From the NCBI GenBank assembly GCA_013265495.1, contig MU058141.1:1-64000 (forward strand): a stretch of DNA of 64,000 bases, given 5' to 3'. Position numbers and translations under genes: made by a program. Shown piece after piece: positions 1 through 13,558 of this stretch (position 1 is its first letter; each line of letters begins with the position of its first letter). Origin of the DNA: Vicugna vicugna. Its lineage: Eukaryota. The notes beneath the pieces are model-generated. The model made no database searches. It was not told the DNA's origin and saw only the letters and a list, made by a program, of their open reading frames with translations.

Positions 1-1000
1 CTTCAGATTTTGATGTTATTATATCCTTATGGTCATGCACTTTAAATTATTTTCAATTTCTTTTGTAGTTCATTCTTTTATCTCACAGTTATTTAGAACT
101 GTATCACTTAATTTTCAAACAGAAAATTTCTAGTAATTATTAAATCTACCAAGATTAGAGAACAACCTCTAATAGATTTTACATCTTTGAAATATATTGA
201 CTCTCAAAAACTAATGTATAATAATCAATTATATGATCAATTTTGGTAAGTATTTTATTTTCACATGAAGATAATGTATGTTCTGTCACCACTGGGCACA
301 ATGTTTATATCTGACATGTAGCTAAATTTTTTTTTTAATTCTTACTTTTCTTTGAAGTTTAGTCAATTTACAATCTTAGTTTCAGGTATACAGAAAAGCA
401 ATTCAGTTATACATATACATACATACATGTATATATTCACAGTTTCTTTTCCATTACAGCTCATTACAAGAAATTGAATATGTTCCCTGTGCTATACAGT
501 AGATCCGCGTTGTTTATCTATTTTATATATAGTAGCTGGTATCTGCAAACCTCGAACTTCCAATTTATCCCTTCCCACCCCTTTTCCCCCTGGTAAGCTT
601 AAGTTTGTTTTCTATTGTCTGTGAGTCTGTTTCTGTTTTGTAAATAAGTTCATTTGTGTCTTTTTTTTTTAAGATTCCACATATAAGTAATATCACAGGG
701 TATTTTTCTTTCTCTTTCTGGCTTACTTCACTTAGAATGATTATCTCCAGGTCCACCCACATTTAAAGTTTTAATTGTGTTCTGCAAGTCTTCCATATCA
801 TTACTGATTATTTTCATCCGCTGGATCTGTAAGTTAATGAGAATTAATGTTTCCGGCATTTATCATGGATTAGGTTATTTTTCTTTTAGCTATGCCAATT
901 AAAGCTTTATAAATTTTGAAGTACTATTATGTAACATATAGATTTAAAATCAATACATTCTTTTTGGTAGATTCTTTCACTTTATATCACATCTTATAAA
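1..1000 (-). mobile_element. Old degraded L1 (L1M-type) interrupted by the younger L1 at 325-762
   Basis: T-rich antisense L1 ORF2-like sequence on both sides of the insertion. Boundaries approximate. Confidence 0.5.
325..762 (-). mobile_element. 5'-truncated young L1 (ORF2 C-terminus, 3' UTR, poly(A))
   Basis: ORF 565-762 WVDLEIIILSEVSQKEKEKY resembles the end of L1 ORF2. Poly-T tail at about 326. Homologous to 60366-60825. Confidence 0.85.
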
Positions 1001-4000
1001 AGTTAGTTCCTTCTCAAAATGTCCCTTTCTCTGCATTTTATATCAATCTTTGTATTCTTATGACCCTTTCTTTCTCACCTCGATTCCTACAATGGTTTCT
1101 TTAACACCTCTAGTTTTCCTTATTCCCTACAGTTCATCCCAAACACTACTTCCTAAGCTTTCACTCTATGTAAATTGTGATTCTGCTCAAGACTCCCCTC
1201 CTTCCCATGGGATAGCATCTTGATTCTTATGTGGGTCTTTAGAGAGCTTCCACTATTGGGAACTGTGATAACATAGAGTAAGTTCTCCATTAAAAACCAG
1301 TAAGTTCTCCATACTCCCACTCAAGTCTTTACTTTTATTGTTTCCTCTCCTTAGAACGCTAGCTGAATCCCATTCCTGGTCAAGATCCAGTCTCTGTCAA
1401 AGGCCTGAATGACACCAACTTTTATCTTCATCCCCTTCCGTAACTGGTGATTCTGATCACACACTGCCTTTTATTATGCTTATTTGTGTCTATTTGTTTT
1501 TACTTAGGAGATAGTATTTTGTTCCTTATACATATATATATATATACAACACCCCACATCCAAGAATATGCCATTCATAAAGGCATTCATAAATGAAATA
1601 CTTCGTAAATGACTAAACCTTTACAAAGTAACAAGGAAAATGAATCTCCATTTCCTTTAGGGCTGTTCCAGGTACAGACTGAAAATTCAGAAGCAGTCTA
1701 ACAGAACAAGTGGCCTGAGAATAACTTCTGTGCATTTCACTGTCCAGCTGTAATAAATGAGTAGTGAAGCAATTCTCTGCAGGTGAATTGAAGGTGCCCC
1801 ACCAAACACCAGTGAACACTTGCAGCTAACCCTAACCCCCAAATTGGGAAGAAAGACTTTTAAGTTGGCCTCCCAGAGCTCCAGGAGCCAAGTGCAGGAC
1901 TGGAGACTAGAGGGGCTCCCTCAAAAAGGAAGTTTTCTCCACCCTTCACAGGCACACAAGGCAGACCCACTACTGAACGCGCACATGTGCTGAATCTCTG
2001 GATTCCCTGCCTCCCCTCATGTCACCACGTGTGTCCTGATCCCATGACCTTAAGTGTAAGAAATACTGCTATATTTAGCTAAGACATTAGAACCAGGAGA
2101 TGGCTTAAAGATCACTTGGTAATAGATCATGTTTGGAAATATATCAAAATATGACATAACAGTAAATGACATCTTGCTTGGAACTGATTTATGGGAAGAT
2201 TTAGTGACATGAGTTTACACTTAATTCAATCATTTAAACAACTTTTAAAGTTTGAAACTTATGAGAGAATTATCCAAATTTGAAATTTATTAGTATTTGG
2301 TTTGCTGTAATGGATATTAAGCTAATCCAGTTCTTATTAAAATAACAGATGATAATTATATTCTGTAAACACAGTAAAATTCTGTATAGTCTTTTTAGAC
2401 TACTGGACAACTTTTTTTATAGCAGAGTAAATGAAATTTATTGAGAAAAACAGGCAAGCTTTTTTTAAAAATAGCCCATTTTGCTTATTTCTAGTTTGAA
2501 TCAGAATCTATGATTACTTCTCAGACCACTGAAAGTGTTATATGGTGAAATTTCTGTGTATAAGAAGGAATTTGACAAGTTTAAATTTGATATGGTTACT
2601 TTAGATGAAAATGCTTCCAGATCGCTTTGACAATATTAATCTGCAATATTGTTAGGGTGGAAATGATCTTTGACATTCTTATTTAGGTTTCACACATTGA
2701 AATTGATTTATAATTATAAGAGAATCTTGTGTTTTTGTTGTTGTTGTTATTCATGCTCCCTGTCCTATATTTTCATAGATAAAAATTAAATGTATACATT
2801 ATATTGGGTCAAATCTGACTGACCAATGAGAAAGGTGATTAGTGGACCAGGGAAAACATTTTAATACTTAAGGGAATAAATTCTGCTCAAAAATCATCTT
2901 TTCTTCAGTAGTGCATATTAACTTTCATTCGCATAACAAATACTCAATATTTCATTATTCTTTTCCTGAGTCTTCAGTTTTTGACACTTGACTATAATTT
3001 CTTCATCCAATTTTGTGAGGGAATGACAATGGAGTTAAGTTAATACAGTGAGTCAAGACAAATGCCAAGTATATGCCTTATGAGACTTACATTCTCCATA
3101 GACAGAATCACAGAGCATAGAGCAGGGTGATATATATGAGTGTGGCACCGAAGTTCTACAGATGGATGTAGATATATAGAGTTAGGCACTTAAAGCAATT
3201 GCTTTCAGTCATCTCAGTGATAAGCAGTCACAGATGAGATGTGTGCATTTGAGATGAAAGAGCTTGGTGTAAATTTAAATCAAATCCAAAGTCTGACATT
3301 TACTTCATTTTGGTTGGCGAGGAAAGGAATATATTTAGGGTTGAGAAACAAATTTAAATACTCGAGATGAGTTGAACAGAGTTGGAAATTCTGTCACAGC
3401 ATCTCCACTTGGTTTCACTGTAGAAAAATAGTTGATGACTGCCTTGCATATTTGTTTTTAGTTAGATAGAGGACTTCTTTGATTATGGGATGAAGTAAGA
3501 TTAATATGTGAAGATAAATTAAAGGGCAATCATTTGATTGTTTAATTATCAGAGACAATCAAAACGGAGACCATGAGCATAAAGAAACATGCAAAATATT
3601 CTAGGTCCATTCAATCTGAATCACACAATACACAGAGGAGATAGATCACTGTGATCATGAAAATAAATGACTGAATCCTACTGACCATAATACACAACAA
3701 AACATAAGCTTCTGCTCATCATAAACCACTGTAAATTTAGTCTTTGCAAAAAATTTGTAGTTTTAAATTATAAATGTGGCCCTTTCTTATAAAATGACCC
3801 CAGTATCTTTTAAAAAGTAAATCGGAAAAAAGCAGGCCAGTGAAACAAAAGATATAGTTAGAAATGTTGACGTAACAGTTTTGTTGGCTGTTGAATAATG
3901 TTGAGGATTTTCCCCTGACCCAAAAATGTGCCATGAAGAATGATCATTCAATATCAGGTTTTGGAAAGAAAATTTAAACAGTGAAAAATAGAGGGGGTAG

Positions 4001-4609
4001 AGTTGTTCGTTATGCACAGCACCTAAGGAAAGAATTACAGGTAACATCTAACCAGCTCCTTCCTCAGGGCAGAAGGCTGCCATGTTCTGAATATTGACCT
4101 TCATGATGAATCTGGCTGGAGACAGATGGGATGACCGATACTCAGCAGTAGTTTTGACCACCACAGGGAACTCTTCCTCAGTTGCTTTTTCCAAATGGGA
4201 AAATAAGGAGGACATTTTTATTTTAAGATGTCATCTGAAACAGCTGACTCTGCGGCAATCCCTGAAAATGATCAGTTGAATCTTGGCTTAGGTTTTCTAC
4301 AGTAAAGAACACCTCTCACTTTATTAGAAAAATAGAATTCTGTTCATCTTTGGCCATTGACAAACATTGTCCCCACAAAAGTAGATACTTCTGTTTTATT
4401 ATCTTATTTACCTAAAGTATCTACTTATTTAAAAATAAGGACTTTTCTAGTTCAAAGAGGAAATTTTTGAAGTATTTAATATAAGCATTCTACTAGCCAC
4501 ACTCAAAAGGCTGTTACTTCTGCTTTTTGTCATTGGGTTTGCAGGTCATAAATGTACCCTGTATATGTTCTACTTTTTTCATTCCTTGAAATGAATAATC
4601 ACAAGAAGA

Positions 4610-5072
4610 ATCTGCCATTACACATGTAAAGAATGGTGAAGTGAATCTCCCACAGTTTCACAGATTCTGGCAGAGGACATGAGACTCCTGGGCCACAAAC
4701 AAAGGAGTCTATTATTTCCTGAACAACAGGCAGCATAATTTTATATTGGCACTGGCTTCTACTTGTTTCCCGAGTTCCATTATGGCAACCCGGAAGTAGG
4801 CCCAACTGTACACTGCACTTACAGTAGATTTGTGCAGTAGCTGAGGAAATCTAAGCTTAAGAAAATCCCTATTTTATAAGGGAGTTACTAGCAAACCTGC
4901 CCAAATTTTGCCCCAGGTGGATGCCTCACATATCTTTTTCAGACTCAACAGGAAACATATTTCTATCTATTTCTGTCTTCCAAGCTCTTTGCTATACAAA
5001 CATCCTTGAAAATAGAGTAGGCAACAAAGCTATGGCATGTAAAAACATCATGGAGAATTATCTTCAAAATAA
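4610..5072 (-). mobile_element. Old LTR, probably ERVL class (subfamily uncertain)
   Basis: cagattctggcagaggacatgagactcctggg...gctatacaaacatccttgaaaa resembles eutherian MER74/MER77-type LTRs from memory. Confidence 0.45.
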
Positions 5073-6624
5073 ACAAAAATCAAAATATTTGAGAATTAAC
5101 TACTAGAGAAAGCAGTAGAGGTGACAGCCCAGATAAAAATGTGAAACCAAATAGAAGAAGAACGCTAACCCCTCTTTAGCATTTCATGTGCTGGTTAACA
5201 CTTGATGGTAATCATTATCTTCTCAGTAGCAGGTCTCTTCCTATCAAACACCTTTTAAAAAAATGCTCTTGCTTCTTTTCCATTGCCAGAATATCGAGGG
5301 AGGTTTATTCTGCACTGTTGACTTTTTAATTCATTAATAATGTTGTATCAACAGACACTATTTATCATGACTGAAATATTTTGTGGCTACTGCCTACCAG
5401 CTAATAATGCCATTATAAGCCAAAAAAATTAAGCTTATTTTTCAAAGGACTTTTATTTTTCTTAAACAAAAAATCAGTTACTGGTAGGTAGACATAAACA
5501 TTAAAGAATATACACAGAATAAGGATACAGATAAAATACATGCAGCAGAAAAGTTCTTATTAAGTCACAGATTGCATCACTTTTTAAAAAGATTTTATCT
5601 TTTACAATAATCCAAAACAAGCTCTTTTTTCCTTTACAACTGGAGACATTACCTGTTTTTCTTGGCTTGAGTTTGCTATAGATTTGTAGCCCCAGCTAAA
5701 ATATATGGTCTATTTAACCTTCATCAGCCTTATTGTAACTTTTCCCCATAGTGCCCCGGAATAGATTTTCTAAAATTTACAGCCACTCTGCTCTTGGTGT
5801 ATTGAAATTGGCACAGTGTACAATATCTCAAACAGTAATTCCTTCTCCCTAACAGTACAGACCTAAAGTGAAACAAATCCATTGTCCCAATCGAGCAGGA
5901 CCTCTCAGGCAGCTCATGACTAATTGAAAGTTCCTCTGGCTTCCTGTTTCTCCCCACTATGGCCAACATTTTGTAACAATATTCTACTCACCTGTTTTTT
6001 TTTTTTTAACTGACTGTACAATCAGCAAAAGAAAAATATTTGCTTTTTATTTCTAAAGAGGTTCAGATGGAGAATTTATGGTACTTCACTTATTTTAATA
6101 TTTGGCACAAGTATTTCTTAGCAAATTGTCACATTTAATAAATGCCACTTACCACTCTTGTTACTCTGTGTGCTTGTTTGTTTTTTAGTAGTTCCTTGAT
6201 CCCTACGTTGCCTTGCTCATATTGAGAACAGAAGTATTTTTTGTTTCAATTTCTGAAAATAAATACTGATAGAATTTTTGGTGGATTGGTATCTATATTG
6301 CTAAAATAACTATTATCTACATGGTATATATTTAAAAGATATTAGATTTGTTTTTTTACTTTCTGTTATCTCAGTCTGATTTTAAGAGATTTTATTAATA
6401 ATCCCTGAAAGTCTTTTACAGATATCTCATGTGTCTATATCCACACAGAACAAAAACACTGCTTTTGATTAAAGAAGAAAAAATAAAAAAATAAAACAAA
6501 CCAACTTATCAATTCTATTGAAAAACCATGCCAACAATCCAGATTTTTTCTTTTTCTCTTATTCCTCTTTTCCCCCAACTCTATTTTTGCTTGATTTGCC
6601 TATACTTCCTCAATAACTGATTTT

Positions 6625-6870
6625 AAAATATTGATTGATTACTTCCAATATGTCAGACAATGTGCTACATAGTGAGCATACTGTCTGAGCAACAGAGACA
6701 AGATCCTTTCCTTCTTCCAGCTTATACTACAGTGGAGACAACAGACAATAATGAAATGAACCACTACAGTGCAATGAAGTATGTGCTGGTGGTTCTCTAG
6801 CAGTGGGTACCAGTTTTTAAAACATCAGGGAAGAGAGATCTAGGCTGAGTCCTGAAGACTGAAGAATTCA
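6625..6870 (-). mobile_element. L2 3' fragment
   Basis: Antisense L2 3'-end pattern (tgattgattacttccaatatgtcagacaatgtgcta...agagacaagatcc). Confidence 0.55.
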
Positions 6871-8073
6871 GTTTCTCCCTCATCCCCTCTTTCTCCTTCA
6901 TCATCACATAATCCTCTTATTTTAATATTTATTACCATTAACAGTGTCTATATTTGGTTTTCTACAATGTAATTATTAGCCTATCATTATTTAAAATTTT
7001 TGATTTAAATGTATTTATACATGTCTCATTTCATAATCACTAGACTCCTGAGACTTACTTTCAGCAAAAGAAAAAGTATGCAATTCTCAAATTGTTACTA
7101 GTTTTAAAATAGTAATAGAAATAACCTAAACTTTTCTACTAGAGCATCTGATAAGGTGGATACTGCAAACATGTAATTTCATGTACCCTAATTGGATATA
7201 ACCAAATACAAGCAATCTATCATGTTTCAACATTTATGGAATACAAGAATTCTTCACCATAAACATTAAGAGAAACTGTCTTCCTATTTGATGATGTATT
7301 TCATAGTCACACAGTGCCTTTCTTCACATAACTTTATTTATAAGAATAACTTTTTATTATGTGAGTACTGGGTGCTAGTTGTAAAGATTTTGAAACCAGA
7401 GGAAATTTGAAAAAAATAATCACACCAAATTATCCTTCCCAGAAATAACTCTAGACAAAAGTTTGATATTTTATAGTTGCATAATGTACATTTGTGTAAA
7501 TATATATAAATTTAGATTTATATATATATATCCATATAATTTACATGTGACCCTTTTCCATGGAATTTGCCCATAATACAATTTAATAGTTGTATAGTAT
7601 TCCACTTGAGGAATTTTTCTATAAAATTAGTAAATAATTTTGTGTTCTCCAAACATTATTGTTATTTCTAACAATTCTTTTTAAAAATATTATCATAACA
7701 AATGTGTTTTTACATGACTCTTTTCTTCATTTTGTTATGATATAACCTACAAATTGGTAAATGAAATAAAAAAAAATTTAAACTATATGATGTAGCCAAA
7801 GATCCCAATTTTAAATATTCTACTTTTGATCCCATTTTGCTAAGTTTTGCTTTATTTAGCCAAGTATTTAAACTAATACAAATGATCTTGTTTCTGATGA
7901 GTTAAAGTTGAATAAGGCAATTAAGAGTGACACCATCACTTCTTATACAATGAACTAAAGGAAAAGAGACTGGTGATGAGAAGACCCCTGGTTCTGATAC
8001 CTCTGGTCAGAAACAGTATTCTAAATATTCTGAATCTTAGATCTAGCCTAGGGCTGCTTCACTGGATATCCTT

Positions 8074-8428
8074 TGTCTTAGCTTGGGCTGCCATCACAAA
8101 ATACCAAAGATTGGTTGGCTTGAACAACTTATATTTATTTCTCACAGTTCTAGAGGCTGGATGTCTAAGATCAGGGTGCTAGCTTGGTTGGGTTCTGGTG
8201 AGGACTGCCTTCCTGGCTGGGAGATGCCCACCTTCTATGTTCTCATATGGCAGAAAGAAAATTAAGAGCAATCTTTCTAGTCTCTTCTTATAAGGACACA
8301 AATTGCATCATGACTTCCTTTAAGTCCAATTACATTCCTCAAGCCCCATCTTCAAATGCTATCACATTGGAGATTAGGGCTTCAACATAGGAATTTAGGG
8401 AAGGCAAGACACAGTTGAATACATAGCA
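8074..8428 (-). mobile_element. MaLR solo LTR, MLT1A-like
   Basis: TG...CA ends. Diagnostic tttatttctcacagttctagaggctgg. Approximate 5-bp TSD tcctt/tcctg. Confidence 0.8.
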
Positions 8429-9219
8429 TCCTGCTTCTTCAGATCATCCAGCTGAAAATCAAGTCTTCCTCCTCCAGCATACCTGTGGTGGTAGCACAGA
8501 GGCAGTCACACAGTGGTACAGGAGGACCCACATCCAACACATATCATGAGCCACGTGTATCCCAAGAAGGAAGGTTGGACTGTTTTTAAGAATCAGTTGC
8601 CTAAAGAACAAGTGTGGAGAAATGGACAGAAGATTACTTGAAGGCACTTCCTTCTTTCTTCATTTCCTCACCTTCTGTTTTAAGAGTCTGAATGAAAAAA
8701 GTCAAGAAAATCTATTTCTCTGACTCTATTCTTCAGCTGCATTCAAGAATCATCTGCAACTCAATCCCATGTCTTGTCTCTGCAGGTGGCAAGAAGGCTT
8801 GAATCGAGACATTGTTTTTCTCTAGTATAAATGACTAGCTCATTCTGTCTGAGCCTTGTTACCTTATCAGGATTCCTTTACAATGTATGGCTTTAGACTC
8901 AGCCTTTGCAGGGTCATTTAGTGATATGTGGATTACATCAGCCAATCTGAGGAAATGATGACTTTTTCTCCTTCCAAAGAAAGTCTTTCCTCCAAGCATA
9001 CTTTTTACTATACCATTCTAAAACTTTAGCATAGCATATACCTCTAAACCTAATTTTAGGAAAATAAAAAAAAACACATTTTCCAAGAACATTCAATAAA
9101 TTTTCTTTCTTTCATGATTTTTTTTCATATAAGTAACTGTACTCTGGGGTAAGTACTCTGGGATAATATCCCATTTTTGACAAAAATCATAGAAATAACA
9201 TTGTTAGCAACATTAGCAA

Positions 9220-9400
9220 TATAAGTGTAGTATTCAATTATTTTCAAAGCGTTTTCATAGTGATTAATATATTTGACATTCATATCAGCTCTTTGAGATT
9301 TGAAAAGAATTATTCTCATCCTCATATTACAGATTAGAAAACAGAGGTATGTTAAGGACATAGTGTGTCCTTTAACCCAGAGACACTAAAAGAAAGGGTC
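9220..9400 (-). mobile_element. MIR fragment
   Basis: attattctcatcctcatattacagattagaaaacagagg is the antisense MIR core. Confidence 0.6.
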
Positions 9401-10209
9401 AGGCTGAATTGGGGATTTTTTAATTAGACTTTTTTTTAAAAAGCATACTCTTGACAAAACCCCATCGGGCTTTCCTTTATTATTAGCTGTTCCATGCATT
9501 TATATTTCGACTAATCAATTGAAATTAAAAGAAAGTTAGCAGTTTATTTGCCTCCCGAATCTCAAATCACTATGTACATTCATACCCCAGAAGAAGGCTG
9601 CATTTTTTCACATGTAAGAGGGTTTGTATCATATGAAAAAATAACCAAATAGGTTAGACTTTACTTGCTGATGTTCTGTTTGATAACAACCTGAATTTTG
9701 CACTTTCTTTTATAACTGCTATGGAGTCCTTGTATTTGCACAAATCAATTTCCATTTTTTGGAATAACTAGGCTTACATAAAATAGCTCATTAATATCAG
9801 AACTTTATGCCTATGTAATATAATTGACTCATTATAATTAGTGGCATGCTTATTTTTGCCTGAAGTTAGGCATTTTCATTTTTCTTCCTTTTTAACTGGT
9901 GGGTCAGAGAGACAAAGCTAAGTAGAAATTTGTATAATTATCCTTTGTATTTCAAAAGTTCTAGAATGTCTAATCAATTTAAGTCACAAACTAGTTTTTT
10001 CTCTTTCTTCAAAATCTGTAAATTCAGCAAAATACGAAGCTCTTCAGATGGAGTTCAATGAGGAAATCATATTTTGTTCTACTCTGCCTAACCTAATTTT
10101 TATTATCAACATGCTTAAGAAAATAATTATTTAAATTTTTATTTTAATTACTACGTTGCTGGCATTTAAGGAAGCAAGACTTTTTTTTATGTTACACCTT
10201 TTGTTCCCA

Positions 10210-10690
10210 AACTCACTTCATTCCTGCATTCATTTATCAAATATTCATTCTATGTGTCAGATATTTGGCTATATAATTGAATAGAAAGAGAAATAGGGCA
10301 TGTCCTTGTTTTGACTTTATGTATTGCAGATTCTAAAGGAGCAGGGGAAAAAAACAGACTATAGTAAATGCCATAATAGAGGTGTGTGTGTTTCTTCCAT
10401 AACACAGAGGAAGAGGAGGACACAGCCAACTTCAGGTGGACTGGCTGTCATGGGAGCTTTTCCAGAGAAGGTTGCTCTTAATCAGAATTCTACAATGTTT
10501 GAAACAGTCTGCCAGATGTACCAGATAGAAAATGGGAAAAGACACAAAAAATCAGAGATCTTAAAGGGCATGGATTTTTCAAGCGGAGTAAGTAAAATTT
10601 TATTTGAGGAAAAGGAAGGTGAAGGGTATGGGCCAGGTGGCTTAGCTGCAGAAAACATTTTAAATGTGAAATTTGAAAGGGGCATTGAAA
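10210..10690 (-). mobile_element. L2 fragment
   Basis: cattcatttatcaaatattcattctatgtgtcag L2 tail followed by a purine-rich L2 body. Confidence 0.5.
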
Positions 10691-10699
10691 TATGGATGA

Positions 10700-10900
10700 A
10701 CTGTGGGCAATGGAGTAAGGCGGAACTTGGCTTGAATCCTGCTTCAACCTCGTAATAACTGTTTCACCTTGGACAAATGACCTGACAGCTTTAAGACTTG
10801 GTTTTCATATTTGAAATATGGGAATATATATGTTTTATGGGTTTGTCAGGTTTAAATATATAAAATAATAAAATTTATGTGATGAACAGGTGCCTAATTT
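10700..10900 (+). mobile_element. MIR
   Basis: cttggcttgaatcctgcttc...ccttggacaaatgac...aaatatgggaat MIR pattern. Confidence 0.55.
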
Positions 10901-11118
10901 TACTCAAATTTCAATTACTATGCTGTTGTTACTTGTATTGCTATTAATATTATTAGGGTTTTTTTTTTCACATAGGGAGCTTATTCAGCCACTGTGTAGA
11001 GGACTCGCTGGGAGAGGAAGAGACTGCAGACTAGAAAATGTCTTCATAGGGTACAGCCATCCTGTGTGTGGAACAAAGTCAGCATAATAATAATATTGAA
11101 AACAAAACATTATCTGAA

Positions 11119-11624
11119 TGTATTCAGTGCCTTATCCCGGAAAAACAAAACCAATAGAATATATAAAGCAAGAGAGAAAGAGACAGACAGACAGACATAT
11201 AGATAAGGACAGAGAAACAGAAAGAGACAGAGAAAGACAGAAACAGATAGAAAGGGACAGACAGAAGACAGAGACCGAGACAGGGAGGGAGAGAGATTTA
11301 TTTTAAGGAATTGGCTCTCTCGATTGTGGGGGCTAGAAAGTCTCCGATCTGTAGGGTAGCAAGCCAGCTAGAAACGCAGGAAAAATTTCTGTTAGAGTTT
11401 CTGGCTGAATTCCTTCTCCTTCAGAAAACCTGTTTTGGTGCCCAAGGCCTTTTACTGACTGGCCTTCACATTTTGGAGGATAATCTGCTTTATTCAGAGT
11501 CTACTGCTCATAAATGTTAATCACATCTTTAAAAAAAAAATGGTTCAGCTACGTCTGAACTGGTGTTTGATCAAACAACTGGGCAGTGTAGCCTAGCCGA
11601 GTTAACACAGAATTAAGCCTCACA
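11119..11624 (-). mobile_element. ERVL solo LTR (MLT2-like) with an internal GA/GACA microsatellite (11170-11295)
   Basis: TG...CA ends. MLT2 hallmarks gatttattttaaggaattggctc and gcctagccgagttaacacagaattaagc. Confidence 0.8.
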
Positions 11625-13467
11625 ACAGGGCTGATTAAACCAAGATTGAATACACTCCATTGATAACATGTGAGATGTCCACGAGGTTGTGGAAGGTGAA
11701 GCTGGCACTTAAGCACCAGGGTATCTGATTCCATATTCAGAATGTCACCCATACGCTGCACCAGCTCCTAATAGAAGGAGCTATGAAGGAGAGAAAACAT
11801 GTGAGAGCCATGTCCGTTATGTGGGAAATAAGAGAAAAGAGGAACCAGAAAATTGTTTCCTATGGTTGATTTTAAATCATTACATGGCTGGTAGATAGAC
11901 TCTGAAAAGACATGATTGTGGAGGATGAAGAAATGGTCTGCTTTGAATCAGGTTTAAGTCTTTGTCTTGCAGGACATTAAGCAAAGATCAACATGTTACT
12001 TCCCTGAGTAAAAATCTTCCATGAAAAAAAAATTGTCATTGTTCCTTGCCTCCTTCCTTTTCAAATGTCATCCATGCTGCGTGAAATATCTTTCCACATT
12101 TATCCACTCACAACAGCCAGCTCGTCCAGGTTTCGGATGGACTCAAGTCTTCCTTGGGAAGCCTTCTGCGAGCTTGCACGCACACTTGGTCAGCCTTCCC
12201 TGTGCTTTAATAGGACACAGCTCTGTCAGTGTTGTCACACTCTACAGTGACTTCTTGAGGTGAGAACTGTTGTCTGACCCAGCCTTGTACAGTCTGCAGC
12301 TAACAAAATATTTGGTTCCTCTCACTGGGCAATAAGTCACTGCTGATTGAATACAGACTAGTCTCCTCATTTTACTATTATAAATATGCATACTGTTGAG
12401 CTGGAGTGTGAGATACTATGACAGATTTATGGATCTTATAAATATCCAGCTTAAGTGTGAACTAATAGGTGGACTGCCCTATGAAGTGCAAATTGACTTT
12501 GCAAAAATGTCATTCCTGGACTCATTCATATCTTTTCCAGCTTGGTTTGTTTTGATGTTGACTCCAAATTATATATCATTCTTATGCCTGTACATTCACA
12601 TGATTAGATGTGCTAGAAAAAAAAATACCATTGATACACAGCAATGCTGATTATGGTGTAACTTGAACAAAATCTAAAAATAAACATTTAAGGGGAAAAG
12701 GAATCAGTATATACATTACTATATCAGTTTTAAAAAGGGCTTTAATTTCTCTACATTGAAACAGACAAACAAATTAGCCTATGTATTTTCTTTTTTTTTG
12801 ACATCTTATCCATGTGTTCCTCCATTGTATTTCTTTATCTCAGGAAAATCAGGTGACTCTCTAATATGGTGATACAGTTATGTAACACTGTGCTACAGCT
12901 TTAATTTTTATAATCATATAAATTGATGCCAGTTCTAATCATTAAAATTTAGTTTATGATGGCGACTTTAGAAGTATGTACTCTGTTCAAACTATATAAT
13001 GTACATGAATATATTTCAAAGGAAGAACAAACCCATATGAAAGCTGATTTACACATTCACTTTGAGGCCTTGAAATTCCGTCTGCCTCTGTGGCACTGGG
13101 CTACATCACCTGTAGGTCAGAATCTTTCAGGGGCACGTAGGTGTGTAGTAACATTATGCCCGGCAGGATGCACAGTGGGTACACACATCAGTGACTGAAC
13201 GCAAGGTCTCTTCTCTCAGAGCCTCCTTCTGATTTGTGATGTTTGCATCTGTATATGGTTTCAGGCCAAAAATGAAGGGATGAGCAGTGACTTTGACACA
13301 TTGGGTGTTTGTATAGGATTATCTCTTATAGCGGCCTTAAATTTGAATATTGTTGACATAAGAAATCCAAGAAAAAGAAATAAAATGCTCACTAACTTTC
13401 ATTGAAAGATCAATCCATTTTAAATAATGAAAATGCATAGATATGTTAGTTTATAAAAACTGATTTT

Positions 13468-13558
13468 ATTTTATGCTTTTAGTGGAGGTACAGGGAATTG
13501 AACCCAGAACCTTCTGCATGCTAAGCACACATCCTACCACTGAACTATACCCACCTCC
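13468..13558 (-). mobile_element. tRNA-Ala-derived SINE (vic-1-like)
   Basis: Reverse complement reads ggaggtgggtatagttcagtggtagg...cttagcatgcagaaggttctgggttcaattccctgtacctcc plus an A-rich tail. Confidence 0.8.

Noticed and set aside
1277..1312. 14-bp direct repeat AGTAAGTTCTCCAT (similar pairs near 42219-42261 and 51962-52003)
   Set aside because: Ordinary small local duplications with only two units and nothing array-like.
10324..10755. 143-aa ORF, the longest outside CDH10
   Set aside because: It starts at TTG, lies in purine-rich L2/MIR remnants and has no recognisable domain.
11118..11306. Charged low-complexity ORF (RERDRERQ...)
   Set aside because: It is a translation of the GA microsatellite inside the MLT2 LTR.
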